From: Epiperipatus broadwayi
Lineage: Eukaryota > Animalia > Onychophora
Assembly (NCBI GenBank): GCA_028023455.1
Contig: JAQFVV010000006.1
Coordinates: 6,510,001-6,574,000, forward strand
Direction: 5' to 3'
DNA length: 64,000 bases
Position 1 is the stretch's first letter. The number at the start of each line of letters is the position of its first letter. The translations under genes and the position numbers were made by a program. This document shows positions 26,170 to 39,669 of this stretch, one piece after another. The notes beneath the pieces are model-generated. The model did no database searches, was not told the origin of the DNA, and saw nothing but the letters and a program-made list of their open reading frames with translations.

Positions 26170-26810
26170 CTGATGTTATAACATAGGAGCAGAGTAATGG
26201 ATATGAGAGCTAAAGATTCCTACATCAAAGATAAATTTGATAATTCTGACACTCAAATGCCATATGATCTCCCATGCAAATAATTATTCAATCATGTTAT
26301 GTTATTTAGAACAGGAGCCGAGTAATAGACAAAAAAACTGACGTTTCCTATATCAAGGATCAGTTTTATACTTCGGATGCTTAAATGCCACATAATCTCC
26401 TATGCAACTAATTATTCAATCATGTTAGATTATTATGAATAGAAGCAGATTAATGGACAAGAGACCTAAAGTTTCCTATATTAAAGATAAATTTGATACT
26501 TCTGACATTCTAATGCCATATGATCTCCAATGCAACTAATTATTCAATCATGTTATGTCATCACAAACAGGAGCAGATTAGACTGAGGTTTCCTATATTG
26601 AGAATCAGTTTTATACTTCTGGTGCTCAAATGCCACATGATCTCCCATGCAACTAATTATACAATTATGTTATGTTATTACGAACAGGAGCAGAATAATG
26701 GGGACTAGAGAGTTTCCTATATTAAAGATCAATCTTATACTTCTGACACTCCAATGACACATAATCTCCCAAGCAGCTAATTATTCAATCATGCTATTTT
26801 ATTAGGAGGT
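26170..26810. repeat. ~125-bp tandem repeat, ~5 units, with A-B-A-B higher-order pattern
   Basis: Marker caactaattattcaatcatg at 26277, 26405, 26533, 26650, 26774 (periods 128, 128, 117, 124). Confidence 0.92.
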
Positions 26811-27658
26811 AATAAATATTCTTGCACATATATTACTCCCCCCCCCCCGATTAAAACAAACATATCGACAAAGTAAAGCAAGTTAACTAATTTAAACACA
26901 GAATGATACTTATATTTTACTAAAATTAAAATTAAAATATCTTTTTTAATAAATCAATATTTATTTTCTACGCAGAAATTTACCTTTTAACAAATATTTT
27001 TGATTGCAAATTAAACTAATAAAAGTAAATAGAAATGCTTTCAAGCAAGATTAACATCAGAGCCTGATAAAATACAAAAATAGATGGATGTACCCTGGAG
27101 TTATTTTGAATTTACAAGATTATTATTATTATTATTAAATTTTCTCATTTTTCTATAAAACATTAAAAATCATGTAAATACATGTGCCAACTATGAATCT
27201 AAAAAACATGATTAACAAATTTTTACTTCTAAAATTATTAAAGCATACATACATATAATACACTTCGATAATCTAATCACAGAATAAACAGTATGCTTGG
27301 ATTAGCCTTATTTGTTATTACCAAATATATAAAATCTAAATCCACCTTCTTTTGCAAAAACGCGTTATACCTTGATGAGACCCAGGACAAATTCAAATTT
27401 GGGGTATCATGTACAGTTTGAATGAAGACCTTTTCCTCTGATAAGAGGAGGAATTATTTTTCGGGTGGTTCATTTAAAAAAAAAAAAAAGAAGAATAGGT
27501 AATACCATCACAACATCGCGTTCGTTACTGTTAATTTTAGATAAAAAATTATTTAGAAAAAAGAAAATTTAAGTATATTATAATCAATTAAAACTATCCA
27601 GAAGGAAAATGAAATAAAAAAAATAACCTAAATAACTGATATACATACACAATAAAGA

Positions 27659-28420
27659 TTAATAATTTTTATTAGTCATTCATTAGACTAGAGATTATCC
27701 AATATTTGAAATACCAGACCCTTTTATACCTGGAGCCCAATTGCAAATATAGGGGATTTGAACTCACACTTTCAAGCCACTTCAACCATCCACACTATCT
27801 CATACTACTAATACACATGTCCACACACATGCAGAAAAGATATTTATCTTTTCTGCATGTGTGTGGTCATGTATATCAGTAGTTGAGATGGTGTGGATGG
27901 TTGAAGGGGCTTGAAAGTCCGAGTTCAAATCCCCTAGGTGATCCAATAGTAAATAATTTTTCTGTATGCAGGGTAAGGAATGTTTTCTATTCATTTTTAA
28001 CACCTTGTGAAGGAATGTAATGACAAACATATGATAAGTCATATGGAAAAGTTCTATGATCCCCAAGATGCAAATTTCATGCTGAGCCAGCACTCATCAG
28101 TTGGTCCAGACCACAATCTTTTACACATATCTTAACATTGTTAAGTATATGTATAGGTAGCTAAGTACTACAGTTTAATTGATAAGTGTCAAACATGCAT
28201 CCCTCACAACTTTAATACAAATAACTTACTGAACATATATTAATAAATTGTATTAGTCACTTATTAATCTAGAGATTATCCCATAATAAGTAATGCATCT
28301 TGGAGACTGTAGATCTTTTGCACATCTTTGATCATATATTTATGATTACATCCCTCCACAAGGTATTAAAAGTGAATAGAAAACACCCCCTACCTTGCGT
28401 GAGAATGGTGTAATGAAACA
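27659..28420. mobile_element. Composite family C locus: minus monomer (HHR 28063-28104), inverted plus arm (~28320-28420) and an internal fold-back
   Basis: Terminal repeat at 27659 and 28240; minus CCAA-CTGATGA-GTGCT[GGCTC]AGCAT-GAAA-TTTGCA-TC^TTGG; 28320-28420 is the reverse complement of the 23115-23190-type sequence. Confidence 0.75.
27750..27936. repeat. Near-perfect fold-back palindrome (~92-bp arms, essentially no spacer)
   Basis: Centre gcagaaaagata-tt-tatcttttctgc at 27843-27844; arms homologous to the family C subfamily at 39.9 kb. Confidence 0.92.
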
Positions 28421-28582
28421 TACTAAGGTAGAATTTATTTAATGAACAATAAAATGTTAATCTGATTAATGATGTCAAGTATGTATATTCTTACACTTTA
28501 ATTCAATCAAATATATTTCCAGAATTCACAATGTTTCATTATACATTAATCTCATTCAAAGAAACCTTCTTTTACTCTTCAT

Positions 28583-28978
28583 CACATGACCACCACTTCT
28601 TATGCTTGTGCATAACTGTTGTTAAAACAGCCAAAACTCACTATATGTATTGCCACACACAGCAAGCTAAAGTAATCAATGGATGCCTGAAGGCTTGTGC
28701 ATAAAATTAACATTAAGGTGTTTTCATTTTAAGACTCATAGTTTTGCAATTAAGTGGAGATAAAAGGTGGCTGCTGGAGGGTTGCATTAGATCCTAACAT
28801 CTAGGTGCAGTGCTTCCAGATTCAAAGCTCCTCACTGATGAAGGCCACAAGCCAGAAACTAGTCTGGGGATATTGGATGAGTAGGCGCTAGATGGGGATT
28901 TTATGCACAAGCCTTCTGGCATCCATTGATTACTCTACCTTGCCGTGTGTGGCAATACATATAGTGAGTTTTGCCTGT
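28583..28978. mobile_element. Family A element, diverging arms, HHR at 28829-28870 (+)
   Basis: Minus arm with tail 28583-28707, plus arm 28718-28978; perfect 13-bp TSD ttttactcttcat 28570-28582 / 28979-28991. Confidence 0.92.
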
Positions 28979-30296
28979 TTTTACTCTTCATTCTAAAAAT
29001 TTTTCAGTCTTTACTATTGAGTTTATAGTTCAAAGCTTTTTATTATTAAGGTTTTCAGGCAAATGTCCATTTTGCATAATGGATAATGTACATCTGTTTA
29101 TTGTAAAAAAAATCTATTATATTTTTTATTTGTAGATAATCATAAACTATTATAAATGAAAGACTATAACTAATATCTTATTCTAAAAAAAAAACAAAAA
29201 CCTCCCATTGAAAGTATTAAAGACAACATTAATAAATTTCCAGTGCTCAACGCTCTTATCAAAGATTGTATTTAATATTTTCAGCATCTTTTGGAATATA
29301 AGGTATTACTATAGCCTTTGAATTAGTGTACATCAGAATTGTATAGCTATTTAAAAAACAGTCAAATGTAGTCCTAAATGGAAAAATTTTATTGTTACAA
29401 CTAACATTTGAACCAAATAATCATAATTAATTTGGCAATTGTAATGGCTAGATAGTTTAATTTTATATACATATTAAAATCGTTATTGATAATAAATTAT
29501 ATATAAATAATAACGTATATACAAGAAAATAAATGTAAGTTATAAAAAAGAATAATGATAACTTCTCAATATTTTTCGAACATGAGAAGCAGGCCGATCA
29601 CATGTTCGGACCCTGCACCCCCAAAATAGTGTGCTCCGAAGCCAACGATTGTAAAAGAAAGATCAAGGAGGCGTATCAACTCGATCAATAGACGCGACAC
29701 GTGTTTTGCTATTTCAAGAAAATTGACAAATTAATTTACATACACATTTGCATGCATTATTATTTAGTAATATTACAACAATAGTTTATAATCTATTTTG
29801 GCCATGAATATGAGGAAAAAACCTCGAAAGTACTAGGCCTAGATTAATTTAATTTAATTGTTTTTGTTACTACTGACAGCTTCTCCTTCAGCATGTTAAA
29901 GCGCTTATATATACTATGCAAACATATGGTAAAATTACAACATATGATAAAATAAGCAATACAATAAATTGTTCAAACGGCTTGAAGAAAGATTCAAATT
30001 TAAAGAATGTAGCTTTATACATCTAATTTATAATTACTTCAAAAGTTAATCTTACTTGGGATATTAATGGCAGTAACAATTAAACTAAAAATGTGTACAA
30101 TTATGAAAGGTATTAAATTGACAATTTTTGTCCACCATATTTTTGGTAAGAATTTGAGGGCATATAACTACATGTTTAACTAATCTTTGTTTTTTTTTTT
30201 TTTAGAACAATGTTCTTGTCAAAAATAATGGAATACTATGCAATCACATTGTTCTAAGAGTAAGTAATTACAGAAACATTATAGGTATAAAAAAAG

Positions 30297-30690
30297 GCAA
30301 AACTCTCTATACGTATTGCCACTCAGTGCAAGCCAGAGTAATCAATGGATGCCAGAAGGCTTGTGGATAAAATCCCCATCTAGTGTCTACTCATACAATA
30401 TCCCCAGACCAGTTTCTGGCTTGTAGCCTTCATCAGTGAGGAGCCTTGGATCTGAGAGCACTGCATCTGATCTTGAGGAGTCTTGGATCTGAGAACATCC
30501 ACCTAGATCAGATGCAGTGCTCTCAGATCCAATGCTCATCACTGACGAAGGCCACAAGCCAGAAACTAGTCTGAGGATATTGGATGAGTAGGCACTAGAT
30601 GGGGATGTTATGCACAAGGCAATACATATAGAGAGTTTTGCCTGTTGTAATAACAGTTAAGAGCAAGAATAGGAAATAGTGATCATGTGA
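30297..30690. mobile_element. Family A element, palindromic, two HHR motifs (minus ~30402-30443, plus ~30536-30577)
   Basis: Minus arm to 30472, 33-bp duplicated spacer, plus arm 30506-30690 ending gatcatgtga; 11-bp TSD tataaaaaaag 30286-30296 / 30691-30701. Confidence 0.92.
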
Positions 30691-31489
30691 TATAAAAAAA
30701 GTTTAATAGATTTTTAAAGTGATTGTTTAAGATTAATTATGTGTTTATGGAGTACAAAAAGGCATAAAGGTGGAAAATACAGGCAGGTTTCAAAGATGTG
30801 TGCTATATCTTCTGGATGATTATTACACAGGATTGGGTTCAAGTTTTAACTTTTGCTTAGTATCTTGATGTAAATTATGCAGAAATTTTAACAACATAGC
30901 CTGAGGAACAGAAAGGTTTTGAAAGTGGATTATTTCTGACAATTGGCAAGATTGATCATAAGTGTCTATATGGATAAATTATTTTAAATCTCAAAATAAA
31001 CTACCAACTAAAGACCAATCAAAGAATAAAGTGATTTTGATGTAAGTCTATAGCCTAAGTTAAGCCAAATGCTTCTCTAATATGCTTTATAGAGGATCGG
31101 TTAAAGGAAAACCATTATTCCCAAGCAATTGGGATGAATGAAGTAGTATTTTAATCTTGCTTTGTGCTCTAGCTAAATATAGACAGATTTCCAATCACAA
31201 ACCAATGACAGGTTATTAATTGCATTGATGTTAGGGTTACCCACCTGATAAAAATCTTAAACCAGATTGAAATCTGAAAAACTGTTTAAATTTTGTCTAG
31301 CCAAGATTCAAATAAGACTGAGCATGGTAGGAATATATACTACTGATGCATTACGTGATCATGTCTTAATAAGTATACTGTTATCAAATAATTATATTAC
31401 ACAGTCGAGTCATCAGATATCGTGATTTTTTATAATCTCTAATGCAAATATTAATTCAATGAATGGATACTAGATGGCAATCCTAAACA

Positions 31490-32509
31490 ATATTCATGGC
31501 TGGCAGAAGATCTTGATAAAGACTCTATGTCAGAATACTTATACAGAAGGTGAGATGATTGTGTTAGGAGAATTGCTGAGTGTTATTAGTGGCAAGGAAT
31601 GGGATAGAAGAATAAATGCATTAATAAAAAAATAGGGAGTTTGGAGAGATGGAGAACTAATATAGAGAGTAAAAAGAGTTTAAATATATATAGAAGTAAA
31701 TGGAATATTGGGTGCGAGTTAATTTATGATAATAGCAAGGAAAGTACATTATTGTTTAAAGCCTGAACAGGATCGTTAACAACTAGGATATATACACATA
31801 AATAAAGAAAAATGGGTGATTTAGTTTGCAAGTTATAAATAATATTAATTTTATAAAGTGCAGACAGTTTGAAATTAAATTGAAAGGCTGCAAACCTCTT
31901 GCACTTATTATAGTTACAATACTTATCTGACAGCCGATCAAATGTTATGATGGCTGTCTGAATAGCGATCAAACCGTAAACACATGACAAAGAATTTTAC
32001 AAAAAAAGAGCAGTCTGATCACTATTCAGACAGCCATCATAGCATCTGATTGGCTGTCAGATAAGTATTATAACTATAATAAGCATGAGAGGTTTGCAGC
32101 CTTTCAATTTAATCTGCAAGATATGTAAGGAAGGCATATAAAATCTGCAAGATATGTAAGAAAGGCATAGAAAATATTAGGCATCTGTTAAGTGAATGTA
32201 AATGCTTACAAGCAGACAGGGTATAAATAATAAAGTGGTGAGAGTACAAACATAAACAAAGTGATTATACAGAAAGTATATTCTTAGTTTTTATGCTGAG
32301 TTTGGGAAAAGATAAGGGGGATTTAAAGGCCATAGAGTGGACAAAGATAATATTGTGGAAATGGAATGGAGTAGGATAGAGAGGAATATGTGGAAAACTT
32401 AGGGTGGGGAATGGAAAGGGACAATAAGATGACTAACAGATTTATCTGGGTATAGTGGCTAAGAGATTCCTGACTCCAAGAAAGGAGGAGCCATTATGTA
32501 TCACATCAT
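31490..32509 (+). mobile_element. 3' fragment of LINE family 2 (CCHC-finger type), interrupted by family E
   Basis: Homologous to 41660-42412; ends gattcctgactccaagaaaggaggagcc..tcacatca. Confidence 0.85.
31840..32111. mobile_element. Family E inverted-arm insert (arms 31876-31971 / 32016-32111, 36-nt one-sided extension)
   Basis: ~96-bp inverted arms; inserted in the LINE CxxC codons; degenerate duplication tttgcaagttataaa / tctgcaagatatgtaag. Confidence 0.85.
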
Positions 32510-34649
32510 GAGTTTCTGACCAGTTAATTAATTAATATTCATTCAAATGCAAGACAATGTAACTTTGATCATGCTTTCTAAATGTGTACACATTCTACCA
32601 TTCTGAGATTTTGTTCTTAAAATAATATGTTTATTCAACTATGTATGTGCATTCATATTTAACTTTTAGGCAATCATTATTGATATATTGTATATATGCA
32701 AGAATGTATGTTTGTAAACATGCTATTTAAAAGCACCTATTGTTATCTTAATGCAATAACGTGACATTCTTGCAATGCGAAATTAATATCAGAACTATAT
32801 TTTCCTTTCAGGTAATCGTGATCAATCTAGCCATCCGTATTGATCAGTAAATGGGTATTTACTTATTATTAGCTATAAACAAAAGTGTCAGGTCAATCAG
32901 ATGTTCAAGTATATGTTAATATGATGATCGTGAACGCAAAAAAATACTATTATAACTTGATGTTGCCTTTACTATCAATGAGAGCGGGGGGGGGGTGTCC
33001 AAACTTCTGCAGGTATCAGAAGCTATAGTTTACTTTATAAATCTTTTTGACATTGTTTTTACATTTTATTTTCTATTATAGTTAAGTGACTAACCTCATT
33101 TGTGAGAGATTGCTGTTGCTATGATAAATTATAATTCCTGAAAATAGATGCACGTGTTTGAAGTATTTTTTACACCTTAAAATAAATAATGAGAGTTTAT
33201 AATCTTATTAAGTAAAACAGCCTTTTTCATATGTGGTCCACTAGACGGCAAAGATCTTTTCAGCAGCCTCTTCCCCATGAAGAACCAATAAAAGAGGGAA
33301 AAAATTGGATAGGGGTGAAATTCAGTGGTTTTCACCTTTGCATTATCCTCAGAATAGCTAGATACCCATTTTCCAACCAATATTGGATGGTTGGCTGGAC
33401 TGGAAGTAGACCAGCTGTATGAGAAAAGAATTTAACATCTTGAAAAGAATATCATTCAGTCTGAATTTGAGCTGGGAGATCACAGGCATAATAGGTGGAT
33501 GCATGAATTTTGTACCATAAAAGAATTATTATTGAATGTAAAAAGTGTTTGAAGTCTAGCGCAGATGATAAGAAAATGAATAACTTTGAAACTATAATTC
33601 TACATATCAGTAACAATGGAAGCTTTTAAGAATTATATTCCTCTTAAGAAGATTCTTGGAGAAGAATAGTGAAGGAAGATGATAGTTCTCAATAGGAAGT
33701 TTTGAGAAGTTTTTCGTTCTTGTTCTAGTCATTGCTACTCATAGCTGAATACCTGCTTACCACACAATGCTGGATAGTTAGTTGGGTTGGCTATGGTATC
33801 GAAAAAAATCCTAACCCCCTTGAAAAGAATTTCATCCAGCCTGAATTCAAATCCCAGACCATAGACTTGGCTTGTGGATGCGAGATCACGAGGTAATTAC
33901 TACGAATATAAAAAAAATTAGGTTTTTGCCGAATTTTGAACTCATCCATAAATATTAGGCACTAACGATATTATGATGCAATTGAAATGGAAGTATTTTC
34001 TAGAAGGGAAGAAAATCGATAGACCATACTCCCCAGAAAAGACCTAATATGGAATAGAATGATGAGAACTGGAAAGGTTGAGGTATTAATAGCTTCAAAG
34101 ATGTTACTTTGGGAGATCTTTTTTAAATGATTGAAAATATAGTAAGCATTTTTGAAATAACTTAATATTTTAAATTATAGAATGTAGCATTAATTGCATT
34201 AATAATCTGATTATTTCAAGATAAATTTAGTTTCCATTCGTCATTTGTGTGATTTGTAATTTTAACTAAAATTATAAGCAGACTACTTTAAATTTTTTAA
34301 CTGGGTTACATACTGTCAGTTGTAATCATTTAAAGAAGTTATAATTACACTTGCACATTAATGAGTAAGGGTCACGTGCACTTACGTTTTGCCTCAGGAA
34401 TAAAATACTCGCAATTTTCACTCAATTATTTCAAAATTCTCTTTAGGCTATTCTTGTTGGTAAAATAATATGTTCTGTATTTTTTCCTTTTTTTAAATTA
34501 AATATAAATAAAACTAAAACTAAAAACTTAATATATATATAAAAATAAGCACAAATAATAGTGATATCCTGCATTTATTTTCTAAAATAAACTTTAAATT
34601 AAACATAGCTCGATGTTTCCCTAAAGGTTTGTGATGATGGTATTTCAGC

Positions 34650-35380
34650 TGTATATTAGACTATTTATTATTCATCATCTTATATAAAGTTTGAATGACT
34701 TAAGAAAAAATTTTAATTTAAATTTTCAACGTACATTCAACTGTTAGTAATAGCACACCGGCTAGTATATACACAATGTTTGGAGAGGTATTATTCTCCT
34801 TCTTCTTCAGGTGTTTGCTGGCATGACCATTGACAGTGCTAGCATCAAACCTGGACCCTTAGATTCTTGAATATTGAATTTTAAGATAATGCTCTGAGAC
34901 ATCCTACCAAAGGCAACAATCAGTACAAATTTCATATACTTACCTGCTCACCTGACAATGACGAATAACGCCATACGTCAGCTTAGTGTGACTATACATA
35001 TTGTATGGAAAACGCTAATTGACTTTACTCTAAGAAAAATTTGGAGAAATCATGAGGAACCTAATAGATAAGTATATGAAATTTCTACTGACTGTTGCCT
35101 TGTGGCAGGATGGCTCAGTTGGTTGGAGTGTTACCTTAAAATTCAATATTCAGGACTCTAAGGATCCAGGTTTGATTCCTATGCTAGTACTGGCACTGGT
35201 CAGGTCAGCAACACCTGAAGAAGAGAGAAGAGAAAAATACCTACCTCTTGAATTGCTGTGCATATTCTAACTGTATGCTATTACTAATAGTTGAATGTAC
35301 TTTGAACATTTAAATAAAGTTAAATTTTTTTAAAGACATTCAATACTTTATATTAAATGATTCCTAGTCCAATAATATAA
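34650..35380. mobile_element. Two family B copies in diverging inverted arrangement (minus 34650-34945, plus 35065-35380)
   Basis: Both have tRNA head and cacCTGAAGAAGA; shared upstream aagtatatgaaattt(c/g)tactga(c/t)tgttgcc; HHR GAAA decayed in both. Confidence 0.8.
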
Positions 35381-35930
35381 ATGTACCTCAATGTATATGT
35401 AAACAAAAAGAGTAAATCATCATCCTCCAAGCTATGAATTAAAACCATTCCAAATGTTGAACACAGGATCATAAATAGATTGAATCCTAAAATAAATAAG
35501 TCTATTATTTAAATAATGATTTTTTTTTAGCTTGAATGATAAAATAGAGTTAAAGGTGTTTACTAGGTTCATAACTGTTTTACTTCTGGCTTTGAACCTC
35601 AATCCTCATTGAAAATGGTTAAAGCAGAAATTGGGGATGTATATTCAAATTCTACAAGGCATCTGGTAATAATAGATTACTCAGGTTTACAGTGAATAGC
35701 ATTAGAATAGATACCCACCTCTTGTTCTATAATATTGTGGGAACTGGAAAATGATTTGTTGTTATTATTAATATCCTTACTCGGGGGGGGGGGGGATACT
35801 GCTAGTGAGATAGAGTCAAGCATTTACATGTTGTTTCAAAATCTTAGGTTGTTTTGAGTTTTCAAGTCTTTAGCTTTCATTGATAAAGATAAAAGCCAGA
35901 AACTGATCTAGAGATGAAAATTTAAATATA

Positions 35931-36993
35931 CACCTGGGTCTCTTTTTACACGGACTTATTTAACACGATTTTGAAGTTACGCGATTTGTGTTTCACCGGA
36001 AGTCGAACTCCGATATTGCGCTATTACTTTAAATAATAAATTTTGCATATATTGAAAGTAATAGTACATTATTGGAATTCGACTTTCATCTTAGTAATTT
36101 CAATATTTTCAGTGCTTTATAATAGTAAGATTTTATGCAATAATGAAATTAAAATCATGATTTCCACATTTTATGTATACACACATTAAATTTTACAAGA
36201 TTATAATGTAAATTTGTTCAAACATTGTGCGTGTTAATTTTGCATTTTAAATCACATTCTGTTTTTGCTTTTTAAAAAACAACGTTTAATCAATTATTAA
36301 TCATTTAGTGTCCACAAGTTTATTTTTAAAAGGTCAGTAATAGCAGTGGGCACAATTAAATTTGACAATTAAAAATTAAAATCTGATTTTTAATTGTAAT
36401 TAACAATTTAAAAATTACTTACGGCGACTTGAAATAATGTGATGTGAAATTTGATTTTTTAAACGGAATTGAAAATTAAAGACAAAAATAAGAATTTAAT
36501 TTTTAGTTGTTAGTTTCATAAACAATTAATAAAATCATCGTCTCAAAGATTAATTACTAATTACGTTGTCACCAGAAAACCATCGACACAACATGAGTGT
36601 GAAGTTGGCGCTAATTGTTTGCAAATGAACGTTTTTTTTGGCAAATAGCTATAATAATTAAAACGTGTATAAAAAATGTAAATTACTGTACTGTAAATTA
36701 TGCATAAAAATATATTATTTTGAATAAAATTAAATATTATAGTTAAAAAAAGTTTGTCTTGTATCAATTTTTTTCATATTTGAAATTTTTTATTAGTCAT
36801 ATTTTATTTCCTTATTTTTTTTTTTGCGCGAATTTTAAAGTAATTTTATGTTGGTGCTTTGCTTTTATGCGAATTTTGAAAAATGACAGACCACATCCCC
36901 CTTTTTTAATGTAAGTTACGTCTATTTTTGCGCGATTTCATTTGCGCATGTTTTCTGAGGAACCTATCTATCGCGTAAAATGAGACCCAGGTG
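35931..36993. mobile_element. Tigger/pogo-type non-autonomous DNA transposon (1063 bp)
   Basis: TIR cacctgggtctc..tttac(a/g)cg / cgcgtaaaatgagacccaggtg, TA on both sides; subterminal (t)cgcgatt repeats. Confidence 0.88.
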
Positions 36994-37904
36994 TACTACC
37001 ATCTACCAATTTGTTTATTAAAATTTACTGCAGGTGGCACTGGAGTAGAAAATTACTCTTGTTTTATCATAAAAGAAAGACAAAGAATAGTAAGTTAACA
37101 AAATAATTTCTATAAAAATATTTTATAAAAAAAACAAACTTTTTAATTTAATTTTTATTAGTAATGCGCTAAACACAAACAAAAAAATATTTTCATTTCC
37201 AATTTTGTTGTTATACTTAATTTGAAATAAAAATAAAGGACATCCATTAATTCAATCCCTATTTTTTAAATTAATGATTGGATTAATTAATTTATAAACA
37301 CTTCATATTTTTATTTAAGTTACATATAACATCCAAAATTATGGTCGGAGATAAAAAATATTTTTTGATTCTTAGTACCTTAAAAGTAAAAATTAATATT
37401 TTTTATTGTTTGGATATTTTGCAATGGATTTCATGTATAAAATTAGCAGTCAAAATAATGTTGCCATCGCAGGTGTTAATAATTGTTTATAAGGTTTCTT
37501 TGTGTTTATGAAGGCAGCATTATTTAAAAAAGCAGGTTTTAGTTAAACAATCAAGAGAAATTAAAATTTCATTTTCCATTTATTTTTATTTTTATTTTAA
37601 TAAATTTTAAATGTTTTTTTAGAAGTTGTATTTTTTCAAAAAATATACTGCCATCTATTTCTCATCATTGAAAATTTGTTGAACGAATATCAAAATAGTT
37701 TGAATTCAGTCTGCCTCCCATGTTAAAGCAGACAGCTGGTTGGGAAATCCTGAAATAATTAATTGTTCTTGATATCTAATATAGATACAAAAATTGAAGA
37801 ACGTACTATTGATAGAAGTATGTTGCAAGACTTTAGCTGAATAAACAAGCAGCATTTCTATGTTAAATTAAAATGTTTTAATAATAAATAAATAATCATA
37901 ACTT

Positions 37905-38060
37905 TTAAACATCTGTAATTGTAAAGGGGAAGTAACTACCTTCCACTGAATTATACGTAGCATTAAATACCAATGAAAAGATAGAATGATACAAGATTTT
38001 AATGCTACATAACTCAGTAGGAGGTAGTTACTTCAGCTTTACAATTGTAAAAATGTTTTA
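37905..38060. mobile_element. Hairpin MITE (~62-bp arms, ~25-nt spacer)
   Basis: aattgtaaag..gaagtaactacc..actga.ttat..gtagcattaaa and its reverse complement. Confidence 0.65.
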
Positions 38061-38461
38061 TAAATGATGAAAAAATCAGATTAAGAATTGTTCACTTTCA
38101 ATTGGAGGAATGAATATGTAGTTGTGCTACCCACAATTCCATCATAACAATTAGTTCGGAAAAAAAGATTCCACAAGAAGCTTGCAATGACTAAACAATA
38201 TACCAATCTAATGGTCGGAAGACCTTAATATAAAATATGATTGAAAATAATTATCTTAAAAAAAAAAATAGAAAAATCATGGTAGATATCTCTAGGGTGT
38301 GGTGATGAACTAATTCTTAGAAAGATTTGAATGAGCTGAGAAAGTCGTATGATGTTGTTTTTGATAATAAAAAAAAGAGCATTAATAATTAGTAATCCTA
38401 ATTATGATCATTACTAATTATAATTGTATTTAACACCCTGGCTAAACAACTTATATTTATA

Positions 38462-39012
38462 CAAGATGTGACAATTTAATTTGTGGAATGGCCATATGAT
38501 GCAACCCATGACTAAATTGCATTGAAATCACATGGTTACTGAACATTTGTGTTTGAACATGTTTAAGCTAATGCATGTGTAAATTTTAAGCTGACAGAGC
38601 TAGTTGCTAGTTGGCTATTGAGAAGATAATAATTATTTCCCCCTTCCCTTGGGTCTAGTGTGCTCTTTGTTAGAGACTTTTTTTGACCAAAAAATCAATT
38701 ATACTACTAGACCATCTTGCATACTCACCCAACTTATCTCTGTGTGATTTTTGACTATTTTCAAAATTAAAAACTGTGCTGAAAGGACAAAGATTTTCTA
38801 CTATAACTGATATCCAAAAGAATGTGGACAGCTGCTCAATAGTATTCCTGAAAATGAATGCCAGGTGTGCTTCCAGAATTGGGAAAGCTATTTTAATCAG
38901 TATATAGATGCACAAGGAGATTATTTTGAAGGCAATGGTAACCAGTAGTGTACTCTTAGATATATATATTTTATGAAGGTACATTCCAGGAATTAAATTG
39001 TCACACCTCATG
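38462..39012 (+). mobile_element. Mariner deletion derivative with transposase C-terminus (~38713-38950)
   Basis: TIR ..gtgacaatttaatt..tggaatg at both ends with TA; HLAYSPNLSLCDF*LFSKLK..KGQRF / CFQNWESYFNQYIDAQGDYFEG (YSPDL motif). Confidence 0.92.
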
Positions 39013-39669
39013 TATCACATACATATGTTAATGTAATATTTTAATAGCTCTATAAATAATACAAATATTTTTAATAAATGAAAGACTATTTTAAAATTTA
39101 TTTAAAATTGCCAGTCATGATGTTGCCATGGCAACAAACAATTAAAATTTGTTGTGTAAAGCTAAAACAGTAGTAATTAATGGTACACTGTCAAAACTAT
39201 TTTTTAACCAACAGTTAGTACCATTTTTAATTAATATTCAAATTCTTAAATGAGTTTACAGTAAGACAATCTATATAAGTCTGTGAATTTGAACAAACTT
39301 CTCCAAATTCTTAATTAAAATAAAGACACTCTCATGGTGAGTCATGTACTTTGGTTTAACACATTAACCAATCAATAGACGATGAAACTATTTTCAATAA
39401 ATGGACATTTCATTTTAAAATCTATTTAAAATTTCCAACTATTATGTTTCTAAGGCAAAAAAAGTTCATATTCAGTGAACATGCTTAAATGAAATTTTAA
39501 TAATTTTGACCAATCATAGAATTTGAATCCAGTTAGTGTGGAATTGGTAAGGGCTACACTTAAGTAGGATACACCATTTTTTTTTTGTTATTTAATTATT
39601 TTGCATTTTTAAAAATAAAACATTTTTTTTTTTAAAAAATTGGAATCATGAAAATATTTCTTCTATACG

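Noticed and set aside
26170-26810. CRISPR-like array
   Set aside because: Whole ~125-bp units are homologous, with no unique spacers and no cas genes; eukaryotic context.
28829-28870. C/D-box snoRNA reading of the TGATGA motifs
   Set aside because: Context fits hammerhead stems I-III; no terminal stem with a downstream CTGA D box; dispersed TE-like copies with TSDs.
29575-29720. Short GC/CpG-richer patch
   Set aside because: No repeat partner, structure or coding motif identified; cannot be classified.
31876-32111. Families A, C and E as ordinary MITEs with TIRs
   Set aside because: Arm lengths differ per locus, arms share locus-private mutations, one arm has a one-sided extension, and 10-14 bp variable TSDs do not fit TA/TTAA/8-bp transposase signatures.
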